Assembly: GCA_976551045.1 (NCBI GenBank)
Contig: CDPCPM010000180.1
Coordinates: 1,922,001 to 1,986,000 of the forward strand
DNA length: 64,000 nt
Direction of reading: 5' to 3'
Source: Glaucostegus cemiculus
Taxonomy: Eukaryota
Position numbers and translations under genes: made by a program. This document shows, piece by piece, positions 53,960 to 64,000 of the stretch. Positions within the stretch are counted from its first letter, which is position 1. The number at the start of each line of letters is the position of its first letter. A model generated the notes under the pieces. It did no database searches. It was not told the origin of the DNA and was given only the letters and a program-made list of their open reading frames with translations.

Positions 53960-54755
53960 AAATATCCTTGTGCTGATTCAGTAAATTGTCACCCTTGGTT
54001 CATTGGTAACATTTCCCATGTTGTGGAGGCCATGATGAGATTCACTGCTGCCTTCTATGCACCAGCACAGCCTTTAGTCGATTGCGAGAAAGGGCATTTG
54101 CAGATCAAGACCTCAGACCTGGTGCAAAGTTCATAGGCTACCAGGCAGCGGTTATCCCCTGTCCCCCTCTGCTTCGGAGATCTGGACTGCCTACAGCAGG
54201 CACCAGAAAGATACCACCAAAGCTCTTACTACAAAATGCTCCAAATTCACTGGAAAAATATGCAAACCAGTGTCAGCATCCACTCCCAGGCCAACATCCC
54301 CAGCACTGAGGCTCTAGTTACACTCATTTGGCCATGTTGGGCAGACCACATTGCTCATGTGTCTGATACCAGATTCCTGAAGCGCACACATACTATTTTG
54401 ACCTCAAGTAACAGACGCACTAGTACCAGATGGGCAGTGGAAATGCTCAAAGCTTCCTTTGAAGAAGTGCAACATCTCAACTGATTCCGGGGAATCTTTG
54501 GCTCATGATCACTAAAAAGGTAAAGACGACGCAAACAGGATGGTATTGAGTGCTTCTAGTTCATGCATGGGATGCATACAGAAGCCCTATATAGGTAGCA
54601 GAAGGAATGCACCAGCTCACAAACTACCCAGCTGCTCCATCGGACAACTTCTGCCCTATTTGGGAAAGAGTCTGCAGTTCTCACCGTAGCCTCTGAACCC
54701 AGAAACTGGGGCCGAAGCAAGTCATCCTCGATCCCAGTGGACTGCTGAGGAAGAA
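53960..54755 (+). mobile_element. RTE-clade (BovB/Rex3-like) LINE 3' fragment
   Basis: SRLRERAFADQDLRPGAKFIGYQAAVIP; WADHIAHVSDTRFLK; 3' end gcaagtcatcctcgatccc...gaggaagaa. Confidence 0.8.
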
Positions 54756-55069
54756 AGGAGTAACTGGCACTTCTGAAGCAAGAAGTTGCCGATGCATGCC
54801 CCACTCCAGAGATCTTAGGTGCCTGATATTTTGTCATTGGATGTCAGGAATGCCTTCTTTCTCCATGTTAAACCATGTCTCTGTTTTCCCCCTCAGATGA
54901 ACAAAAAAATGTTCATTCTTTTGTGGTCCTTAGCAATATTTACACAGCTAAACTGACCATTTACTTGATCACTGTTTTGTGGAACCTTCTGTGTGCCAAA
55001 GTGACTACAGTTCAGAAGAAAACATTGTGGCAATAGAGTACGCTGGATATTGCGAGACGTTCCCTAGAT

Positions 55070-55076
55070 ATATGTG

Positions 55077-55145
<69 letters not shown>
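55070..55145. repeat. (TA)n microsatellite
   Basis: About 30 perfect AT units 55084-55145. Confidence 0.98.
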
Positions 55146-55149
<4 letters not shown>

Positions 55150-56762
55150 TTAAATTTCTTTTGAAGTTTAGAGTTAGATAATCAAGTTTTGTCAATCCAA
55201 ATCAATTTTTGAAATGTACTTAATTAAATAGTCTGCAAGCAATTGAAAGCAACAGAAGTTTGAGCAGAAAGACTCCTTTGAGAGTCTGGGCGAATTATAT
55301 TGCTTAGGGACAACTTCTGACTTCAGTGGGAGAAAGCTGCTGCTATCAGCAGCCACTTGCAAATGCAGCTGATTTTTTACCCCTTAAATGTGATTCTTGT
55401 TTTTGCACCTTCCATGGAGAGATATTTATGTTTGTAATTTCTGTTATTGTGGTGCTTCATTGCTTCCATTCATTTAATTATATGTTGGTTATGAAATCTA
55501 TTTGGCAATTTAAATCCTAATCTGTGGTTTGGGGAAACATTTATTTGCAGCATCTTCCCATAAAGAATATGATGAAGACAAGTTACACAGCACACTCGTT
55601 GAAATACACTAACAAATGCGCTTTGTTTAATTTCTGGACTGTTATCTAAATATTGGTCACAGAGAAATAAAATCATTAGGTTGATAAAGATGGGAAAAAT
55701 ATATTAACTTAGCGTTATGAAATCCAGCATTGTACCATTCTGCAACAATCTGTAAAATTATCTTCATTTATCGCCAGCACTAATAGGAAGTTTTGTACTC
55801 AACATCTGCCTCCCACGATTCCCACACCTCTCACAGCTATCCATGTCTCTCACCATTGTCACTCAGGGTAAAATTAGCTATATGATAATTTCCGCAGAAA
55901 TATGGACAGTCTTGAAAGCACTGCATAATGATGCAGATTACATACTATAAACATGGTCCGCAAAGATCTTCACAGTCATTGGAGACCTGAAGCTTTCATC
56001 TTATCAGTGTATTGTGTATAGCCCATATTCCAGAGTCTGAATGTTGTACTTGACGAAGTGTGGTGCATTGTCTGGGAATTTGAATTGTTAATTTGATTCG
56101 TCATTTGGTATCTCAGTATGTGTTGTTTCCACCATTTTTACCCAATTACATCTGCATGAAACATATTGAAAAGTGTTCAAGCTGCTGTAATGCATGCTTA
56201 CTGTTGTTGATTTCTTCCACCATCAAAGTACTTTAAAGCAAAAATAAGGGATTTGTGTTGGAATGCTGTGGACTAGAAAGTGATTTGTGGCATTAATAAT
56301 TTATGGCATGTCAAAGGCTGTATTAGTTGTGGAGTTGCTGCTGCAAAATTGAGTAATACCTGGAGCATCCAAATCATTGACTGCTCCTAATTTTTTATAC
56401 TGTTTTTTTCTTTTGTACAGTGCATTGCATGCAAAATAAGGGGGAGAGGGAAGGAGGATCAGTTGTCAGGAGCCCTATTAGAGTAAGGGGAAGAAAGGTT
56501 TGGAGCTTGTCCAGAGGTTGATGAGTGGGATAAGTGGTCATTGGTGATCATTGCTTGTGTTTTGAGATTGGGGCCTAGGGCATGGTAGTTTGGGAACTTG
56601 GGGAGATTGTAGGAGGCATGTTAGTTGGCACAGAAAGGGGAAAGTGGGGTGGGCTACTAGGGTCAAGTTCCCAGAATGGAATGATGTTGTCATATATACA
56701 ACTGGTGCAGATATCAATTGATGAATTGTGACCAGAAGTGTCTGATTGAATGACCAGGGTGG

Positions 56763-57566
56763 TGTTATGAAGTAGCTTACTATTGGTGAATCTCCCTTCA
56801 TGCCAGGGTATGGGGTGTGTATGTGCCTAGAACATGCTATGTCAACAGAAGATAAAAAGAATATGATGGTGTCATCAAGAGAGAGACAGAACGACAAAGG
56901 AAGAGAGAGACAAGGCAGCTTGTTTTATTTCTGTTGATGGATGAAAGACAGTAACTGTGTTTGTCACTACAATCCATGGATGGATTTCTGGAGTAGTCCA
57001 GTGGAGTCCACTTTGTCGTTAAGCCTGTAGAAGGAAACGGGTATTTTGGTGTGGACTATCACATTTCAAAGTGGCAGATACTTTGGAACAAAGTGATGGA
57101 ATTCGCTTTGCTGTTAACCTGTAGAAGAACACAGGTATTTGCATGGACAGTCATGATTCAGGAGTTTTTGGGGTGAGGAAGTCACTACCGAGTAAACACT
57201 GAAGTGTCGTTTGGGTTCCAAGTGGTACATCTGGATTTCGTGATTCCTCTCTAAACTCTCTCTATATCTATGTTTTGTCTTCAGTTGACAGTGCTTGTGA
57301 AGAAGCCTTTACTCGTGTTTAATCTTCCGGCTTGCTGAACTGAACTTTAAAAACTATTCCTGGACTTGGAGTTTGGGAATTTGCCACACACACACGACAA
57401 GAGGTTTTTGGGGTTAATGTTTAAGATTCTAACATTTTTTTTAGTACTAACATACTAACTTTTTAAAAATCTTTACCTTACGTATTATCGTAAGTAGTTA
57501 TTAATAAAGTAGTTTTTAACACTGAATTATGATGTGGTGTCTTTCTTTTGTTGCTGGTCTGTAACA
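56763..57566 (+). mobile_element. solo LTR (Gypsy-like), 804 bp
   Basis: TGTTA...TAACA termini, GTGG duplicated at 56759-56762 and 57567-57570, AATAAA at 57503, internal diverged repeat. Confidence 0.8.
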
Positions 57567-58059
57567 GTGGTGTGATTCATTCTGGGAATGGCCACAATAA
57601 TCCCACCGGAAAACAGTGAATTTCAGATGTAGAGTTGCTGGGCTGCTAAGGTTTAAATATTATGAACAACTGTGAATCATGTCAGCATTTAAGCTAAAGA
57701 TCGTATCATATTTGTAATTCTTATTGATGGTAGAATTAAATGTAGAACTAAAGCCAGCTGTTCCTTTTCATCCAAGAATGAAAATGGGCAAAGCAGATTA
57801 ATGAGTGAATGATTCAAATGAGGAAAATACTCAGCAGTTCTGGTGGCATCTGTAGAGGGAGAAACAGAATTAAAGTTTCAGGTTCATAACTTTTCAACAG
57901 ACATCATTCCATTTGCTACTTGCTGTTGCTATTTTTGAATGACCAGCAAAAGCAATATTTCACTTTTGTAGAATGAGTGCGCTGAGCTGTTCAATCCTCA
58001 TTGTGTTTGACCTTGATGTATGGTGATTCTTCAGGATGTAGTGAGAAACTGTATTCAAA

Positions 58060-58298
58060 TAATGCTGGAGGTGCTGTACTTTGGTTGTCATTAACTCAAG
58101 GCCTAGCTATCTGTTTTAATACAAAGAAGTGCAAGGAATTCTAAAGCAAAAGCAAACATTGTTCATTCAATAACAGCACCAAGATTAGAGTAACTGATAA
58201 TTGGTCTTATGCTTTGGGAGCTACTTTGCAAGGTAAGGAGAATTACTACATTTCTTGCCTTTGCAAAAATTTGTTCAGTATTTCAGAAGTAGTTCATT
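58060..58298 (+). mobile_element. decayed Deu-domain SINE (SacSINE/AmnSINE-like); similar traces near 15420-15535 and 54865-55065
   Basis: Weak recalled similarity (ggaggtgctgt; tgctttgggagct; cttcagaagtagttcatt-like motifs). Confidence 0.35.
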
Positions 58299-59468
58299 CT
58301 ATATATATATATATATATGGAAATTGGAGACCTTTCTGAGAGGTAGGGTGCAATGCAATAGAAATGTGTGGGGAATTAAACTGGAGATGCTGGAAGATGC
58401 ATGCAGTTGCTGACAGTAGGATGTAATCATGGGGGCCTTTGAAGCTACCTTGCAGTGATTGAAGGAGAGTTGCATTACATCAGGAACTCGTGATGGGAGT
58501 CTTTCTCGACGCCATGGCATCTCAGAAGAGGAGATGGCATGGGTGAAGGTGAAAGCCGGAATTTCCAGTCTCTCTGCGGATGTTTTCTTGGAAAAGTGGA
58601 GAGGTCATCTTTTCCCTCTGGAGATAGCAATTAAATTCAATCAGAGGAGTCAAGCCTTAAGGACCTGTGTGCTGTATCAAAAGCTGTTTAATGATCTGGT
58701 GCCTGGTAAAGCCCAGTGAGTACATCATCAAACCCCATTTCTCACTAATTGCACCACTAATCTCAAAAAACTAGTTAATGTAAGGTATCTCATGAGTTAC
58801 CTACCAACAATATCTATCAATCAGGGCTGGTACCTTACATTGTATTTCCCCAAGTTAACATTAGACAGCAAATTTTACTTGAGCCACAATGTTGAGTGAC
58901 ATGGTGGTGAGTGGGGGGACCGAAGCTTCCTCCCAGTGCTGGCAGAAAAGATGTTTGAAAGGTAATTTTACAAGTTATGGTTCAATGGTGGATTTCATAA
59001 TTCTGAGCCAATATATTTTTTCCCATCTTCAGCAACTCAGTGAGGCACACTCAATGGTTTCTTGGATATTGAATGACAATGGTGCACCTTGTTATCATAT
59101 TTCCAGCATGCATGAGTGACCTGTGCCTAGTGGCTGGTGTGGAATATATCAGATGGCTTAAGCTGCTAAAATGACTATGCAATGTCATAAGCACCTGTGG
59201 CATCCAATCACTAGGGCTGATGTAGCCCAATTCTGTGGCCTTGTGAAATGATTGACAGGTTAGTGAGTAAACACTTTGGGTTCATGGAATGATTCATACA
59301 ATAAAGGAAGGGCCATAGTCCTGGTATGTAACTTGCAAAAAAAAGGCCGCAACTGCAGTTTTAAAACTTTGGAAGAATGCAGTTTAACAAGCTACATTCA
59401 TCTCATAGCAAAACAAAATAGTACTGATCCATAGATCTTTGTGTGTTAATTCCTATCTCATGTTGCAG

Positions 59469-59710
59469 GAGAGCACATCTGGATAGTACTGGATGGGCCT
59501 GTTGATGCCATCTGGATTGAAAATTTAAACTCAGTGCTTGATGATAACAGAACTCTTACCCTGGCAAATGGTGATCGCATTCCCATGGCTGCAAACTGTA
59601 AAATTGTATTTGAGCCACACAACATAGACAATGCATCACCTGCAACAGTTTCACGCAATGGCATGGTCTTCATGAGTTCATCAGTCTTGAACTTCATCCC
59701 TGTTCTTGAG
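59469..59710 (+). CDS. DNAH5: window exon 29, AAA2 ([23 protein letters not shown]...ASPATVSR)
   Basis: ttgcag|GA ... GAG|gtatat; 242 nt, phase 1-0. Confidence 0.96.
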
Positions 59711-60343
59711 GTATATAAATTATTTCAGATTTTATTTTCCTTGACATTGAATAAGCCATTGAATTAGTAAAATTCAGTAAATAAATCATTTTGTTGAAAC
59801 TATTTTTAGTCAGATTCTTGCGTTGAATTTTACTTGTCACTTTACTGGAAGATTTGGAGAACAGCATAAGTGCTTTCTTCAACCCTTCCTGCGGATCTTC
59901 TGTTGAAGTTATGGCAATCCATTGGGCTAACCCCCACAGAAAATCAATGATTTCACTTTGAACAAAGCTATTATTCTAAGTTGAAATTGATTACTTGTCT
60001 GCAAACAAAGTTAATAATTCTATGCAGAAATAAATTACTGGAATTTTCAACCAGCAAAGTAGAAAAACATGGGCAATCTAATACCCTGCCCAACTGAAGT
60101 TAATGGAAAGGAAGCTTGGTGGAATGGATGGTATACCACTTAGGAAACAGTTGATTAACTCCAGCAGGTTCACAGGCTATCTGAAAGCTAGAAGTTCCAT
60201 TCAACCTATCTCAATATGAAGTTTGTGTCTGATTTTATAAAAATAACTACAATGTATTATGTTTGCTTTCCTGACATGTTATGTACTTCAACTCTCAGGT
60301 TGGTGTAGCCTGATAAGTTGCTTATTTGGCTTGTTCATTTTAG

Positions 60344-60520
60344 GGTTGGCTGAAGAAACGGTCTTTACAGGCAGCTGAGATTCTACGAAAGTTATTTACA
60401 GAATCCTTCGCTGAGCTTTATCGTTTTAGTATCCAATCACTGGAATACAAGATGGAAATGCTGGAGGCTTTTGTCATTATGCAGTGCATTAACATGCTTG
60501 ATGGACTTATTCCCCCAAAA
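60344..60520 (+). CDS. DNAH5: window exon 30 ([14 protein letters not shown]...GLIPPK)
   Basis: ttttag|GGT ... AAA|gtgagt; 177 nt, phase 0-0. Confidence 0.94.
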
Positions 60521-60789
60521 GTGAGTGAGTGGTTCAAACTTTGTGATAATGCTCTGTAAGATGATACAAAAATTTGCTCAACAGTGATTGAAGTGTACAT
60601 AAAGCATAGAAATTCAACTGTATATATTACTAAGACTTCCCGCTGGTTTGGATTACATTTTAAATATGTCTGATGCATTGCAAATCATCTGACATGCTCT
60701 GATAAATTTAAATCATCTGATCAACTCCCTGGTGAATTTCCTTTCAAGTGGTTTCTGACCCACCACAATACGATAACCATACTGACCTT

Positions 60790-61420
60790 TCCATTTTATT
60801 CTCAAGTTATCTGCAGCTTTTGATGCGATTTACCACATAATGATCTACCAGCTCCCTTCCACTGTTGTCCAGTGTGGTGGAATTCATCACCCCATGTTCT
60901 ATTTTCTCTCTGTTAGTTGAGAATTATTTGCGATGCCCTTTTTCCTGCTGCTGCGTTGTTACGTCTGGAGTCCACCACCAGTCTATTCTAGGCCCTATTC
61001 TTAATGTGTTTGCTGCTGCTTCTTGGCAACATCATCTGTACACACATCAGATTCCACATGTTTGCTGACATAGACCAGCTCTATTTCACCACTGCCTCCC
61101 TTAGCCCTGCCTATGAGTTCTCACACTGATGTCCGATGTTGGATGAGCAGAATTTTCCTCCAAATAAGCATTGAGAAGACTTAAACAGTTGGCCTTACTC
61201 TCCTTCACAAACTCATTTCCCCAGACCCAATTCCATCACTCTCTTTGGCAAATGTCTATCAAATCAGGCCAGTTGCAACTTTGTTATTGTATTTGATCCT
61301 TGAGATGTTGACAACCACATTACTCTCAGTAGTCAACACTGCCTGCTCTTGTTCACTTGCCTCAGCTCATCTGGTACTGAAATCCTCATCTCTGCCTTTG
61401 CTATCTTTACCCAAATTCCA
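60790..61420 (+). mobile_element. L2 LINE RT remnant
   Basis: LSAAFDAIYH, SGVHHQSILGPIL, FHMFADIDQLY motifs. Confidence 0.7.
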
Positions 61421-61747
61421 CCCCTCATCTGTGGTCTGAAATCACATTTTTAATATGCCTACTACAGATGGGAAAGACATACAATATCATTTACTATACT
61501 CCAATACCGTATTTAGATGATCACTGTTTAAAAACATGCCCTATTATTTTGAAAAATGATAAAGTAGCTGATGAACGATGTAGCAGTCTGAAGTTGCCAC
61601 GTATTGGTTGTGGAATTCCACAAACTTAATCAAAATTGTAAATATTTCTTTTATAGTTGATTAAAAGATTATGTATAAACCATTATTTAAATAGTGTAGA
61701 AAATCTTTTGTTTTTAGTGTAGTTCCTAAATTAGGATTTTTTTTTAG

Positions 61748-61952
61748 GAGCAAGGTGGGGAAGTAACTCATGAACATTTGGAGAGATTGTATGTCTTCTG
61801 TCTCATGTGGAGTGTTGGGGCCTTGCTTGAACTAGAGGACAGAAGGAAAATGGAGCACTGGCTGCGAACTCACGAGACTATTCATTTAGATCTGCCATCC
61901 ATCCTGCCAGGGAGTGAGGACACGATGTTTGACTATGTTGTGGATTCTGATG
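61748..61952 (+). CDS. DNAH5: window exon 31 (EQGGEVTHEHLERLYVFCLMWSVGA...VDSD)
   Basis: ttttag|GAG ... GATG|gtcagt; 205 nt, phase 0-1. Confidence 0.94.
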
Positions 61953-63321
61953 GTCAGTATCAAAATTAATTCAGCAAAGAACATCTTGCAATATTTGTGG
62001 TTTGCTATAACAGCAAGTGAATAAGCTAACATAGCTGAATCTTAAGTGCATTTGAAAAAAATGAGGCAAATATATCAATATAAATTTCAATATACTTTTC
62101 TATTAAGCATTCTTTTGAGTAGTCCACTGTTGTAAGATATCACTACATTTGATAACCTGAGTATAAGTTTATGTTTATCATTAATAGCATTCCATCCTAT
62201 TTTTAGAGATCAAACCATGGATGTGAGGACCAAAAAAATGCTATGATATGAAAATGCAGTGAAAAAATTACTTTAAAAATGCAAAGTATAAATGAGTTTT
62301 AAGCTCCAATTGTAACAGTAAGGGCAAAACATTCCAACAATTTTAACTCTTTGACCCTATAATCATATTGCAATGCAACCCCTGTCCAATTTTGCAGTGA
62401 AGGATAAGGCAACCAATGGGTGGGTGAAGGATTTATCAAAGCAAGGTCTGCTTTTAAGAAACCAAAGGAAAGATCGCTACCTGAAGACAAAAAAAATGGT
62501 GTTTTTCTGAAATATGTAGCCCATAGACCAATCATGCTACACACTGAAGTATTTCACAGACCATATGCAAGAACAAGATTGAGAAGATCAGGTCTAGATT
62601 TTAATATGGTAATTATGACCAAGTCATGGTTGATAAACAATTATATTCGTAAAGTCTGGGTATTGAGTTAAAAATTACTGAGTTGAATTCAGCCTGGTTT
62701 CATCCATAATTTATTGGAAACGCTTGTTAAGTCTCTCAGTTGTTTGATTAACAAAGTTGTTTTGCTGGTCATAAAACAAATTAACAATTTGGGAAAAATA
62801 TTTTAATTATTCTTCCCAATGGTTCACAAAATCTATTGCTAATGATCTAAAAGGAGAAGAAACAATGTTGCAGGTTTAATTACTCATCCTGATGTTGTTT
62901 GCGAGAATGCCCGTTTGGCTTAAACTGAAAAAATAATTATTATTTTGTTGTCTTCTTGTGTTTCTGCTGTTGTGTGTATGGACTTTACCTTCTTTCAACA
63001 GCTTCTAATCAATACTAATACCTTCATTCTGGTATATGACTACTACAATTAAATAATTAATCTTTGAAAAACAGTAGAGATCAGATGGTTCATTTCTAAT
63101 GGCTAATTGGATGCCATTTCAACAACTGATCTTCTCAGTGTTATGATCCAAATTGCAGATGAACAGTGGAAGATATGCATCTGGAGCTAAGGTTAACTGA
63201 TAATTGGTTGCTGTACAAGATGTGAATAAATTAAAGTTGTCAAGACTGCTAATTCCAAAGAATTGCTGTGAAACATTCATTTCTCAATAAATAATAATGA
63301 ACTGTGTACATGTTAAACTAG

Positions 63322-63464
63322 GAAACTGGCTCCATTGGAACACAAACATAGAAGAATACATTTATCCTACTGATAGCAGTCCAGAATATGGCTCCATCCT
63401 TGTGCCAAATGTCGACAATGTGAGGACAGACTTTCTCATTCACACAATTGCTAAGCAAGGAAAG
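63322..63464 (+). CDS. DNAH5: window exon 32 ([15 protein letters not shown]...[23 protein letters not shown])
   Basis: aactag|GA ... AAG|gtatga; 143 nt, phase 1-0; immediately precedes AAA3 Walker A. Confidence 0.94.
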
Positions 63465-63927
63465 GTATGACGATTGCTTTTGACATACTGCTTAGTGTTC
63501 CACATAATTTGCTGGATGGTCCATGATTTGACTGACTGCCAGAACTTGCTGTCCATCCACACTCACCAATTTTTTCTGTATTGTGAGGTCTAAATGAGCT
63601 CACCCTCCGTACCTGAGAGGCATCTTGCAAAGCAGATTGGGTTCTGTACTGTGATCAGGTCTCAGATGTCATATCCAAAGCTCCCATCTTAATATGCCGT
63701 GATAACCTTTGACTGCTTGCTGTTTTTAAATGCTCTTATCAGATACTTTAAAAGTTATTCAAATAGACATGTATAATTTTTTAAAAAGTTAATGAAATAA
63801 ATAGGAGGAACCCTGAAATACTAGCAAATAATTAAAAAACAAAATTTATAAACCACCATGTACCTATCTTCACTGGGTTGGCAATCCCATCTAAATGAAT
63901 GGGTTACAGCAGCCAGCCAAAGCTGAA

Positions 63928-64000
63928 GATCAGAATCAGGTTTATTATCACTGACGTACATTGTGAAATTTGTTGTTATACAGCAGCAGCGTAATGCAAG
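63928..64000 (-). mobile_element. Rex-type LINE 3' end running off the window
   Basis: gatcagaatcaggtttattatcac tail like 20116. Confidence 0.5.

Overview
Eukaryotic, AT-rich vertebrate genomic DNA; the repeat families point to a cartilaginous fish, probably a ray (inference). The whole window lies inside one + strand gene, axonemal outer-arm dynein heavy chain DNAH5 or a close DNAH5-like paralog. I traced 32 consecutive GT-AG exons from 609 to 63464 with consistent splice phases (5736 nt, 1912 codons, no stop or frameshift seen). They cover the tail, linker, AAA1 (GPAGTGKT), AAA2 (GPSGAGKT) and the approach to AAA3. The gene starts and ends outside the window. Introns are filled with decayed retroelements: CR1, Rex1/Babar, RTE, L2, Penelope-like GIY-YIG remnants, tRNA-derived V-SINEs and one solo LTR with a 4-bp TSD. 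There is no prokaryotic system, CRISPR array or second protein-coding gene that I can support. The most interesting signal is about 10 short Penelope-derived elements, mostly fold-backs, whose arms meet at a decayed hammerhead-ribozyme motif. TE family names come from recognising motifs by eye and TE boundaries are approximate; no database search was run.
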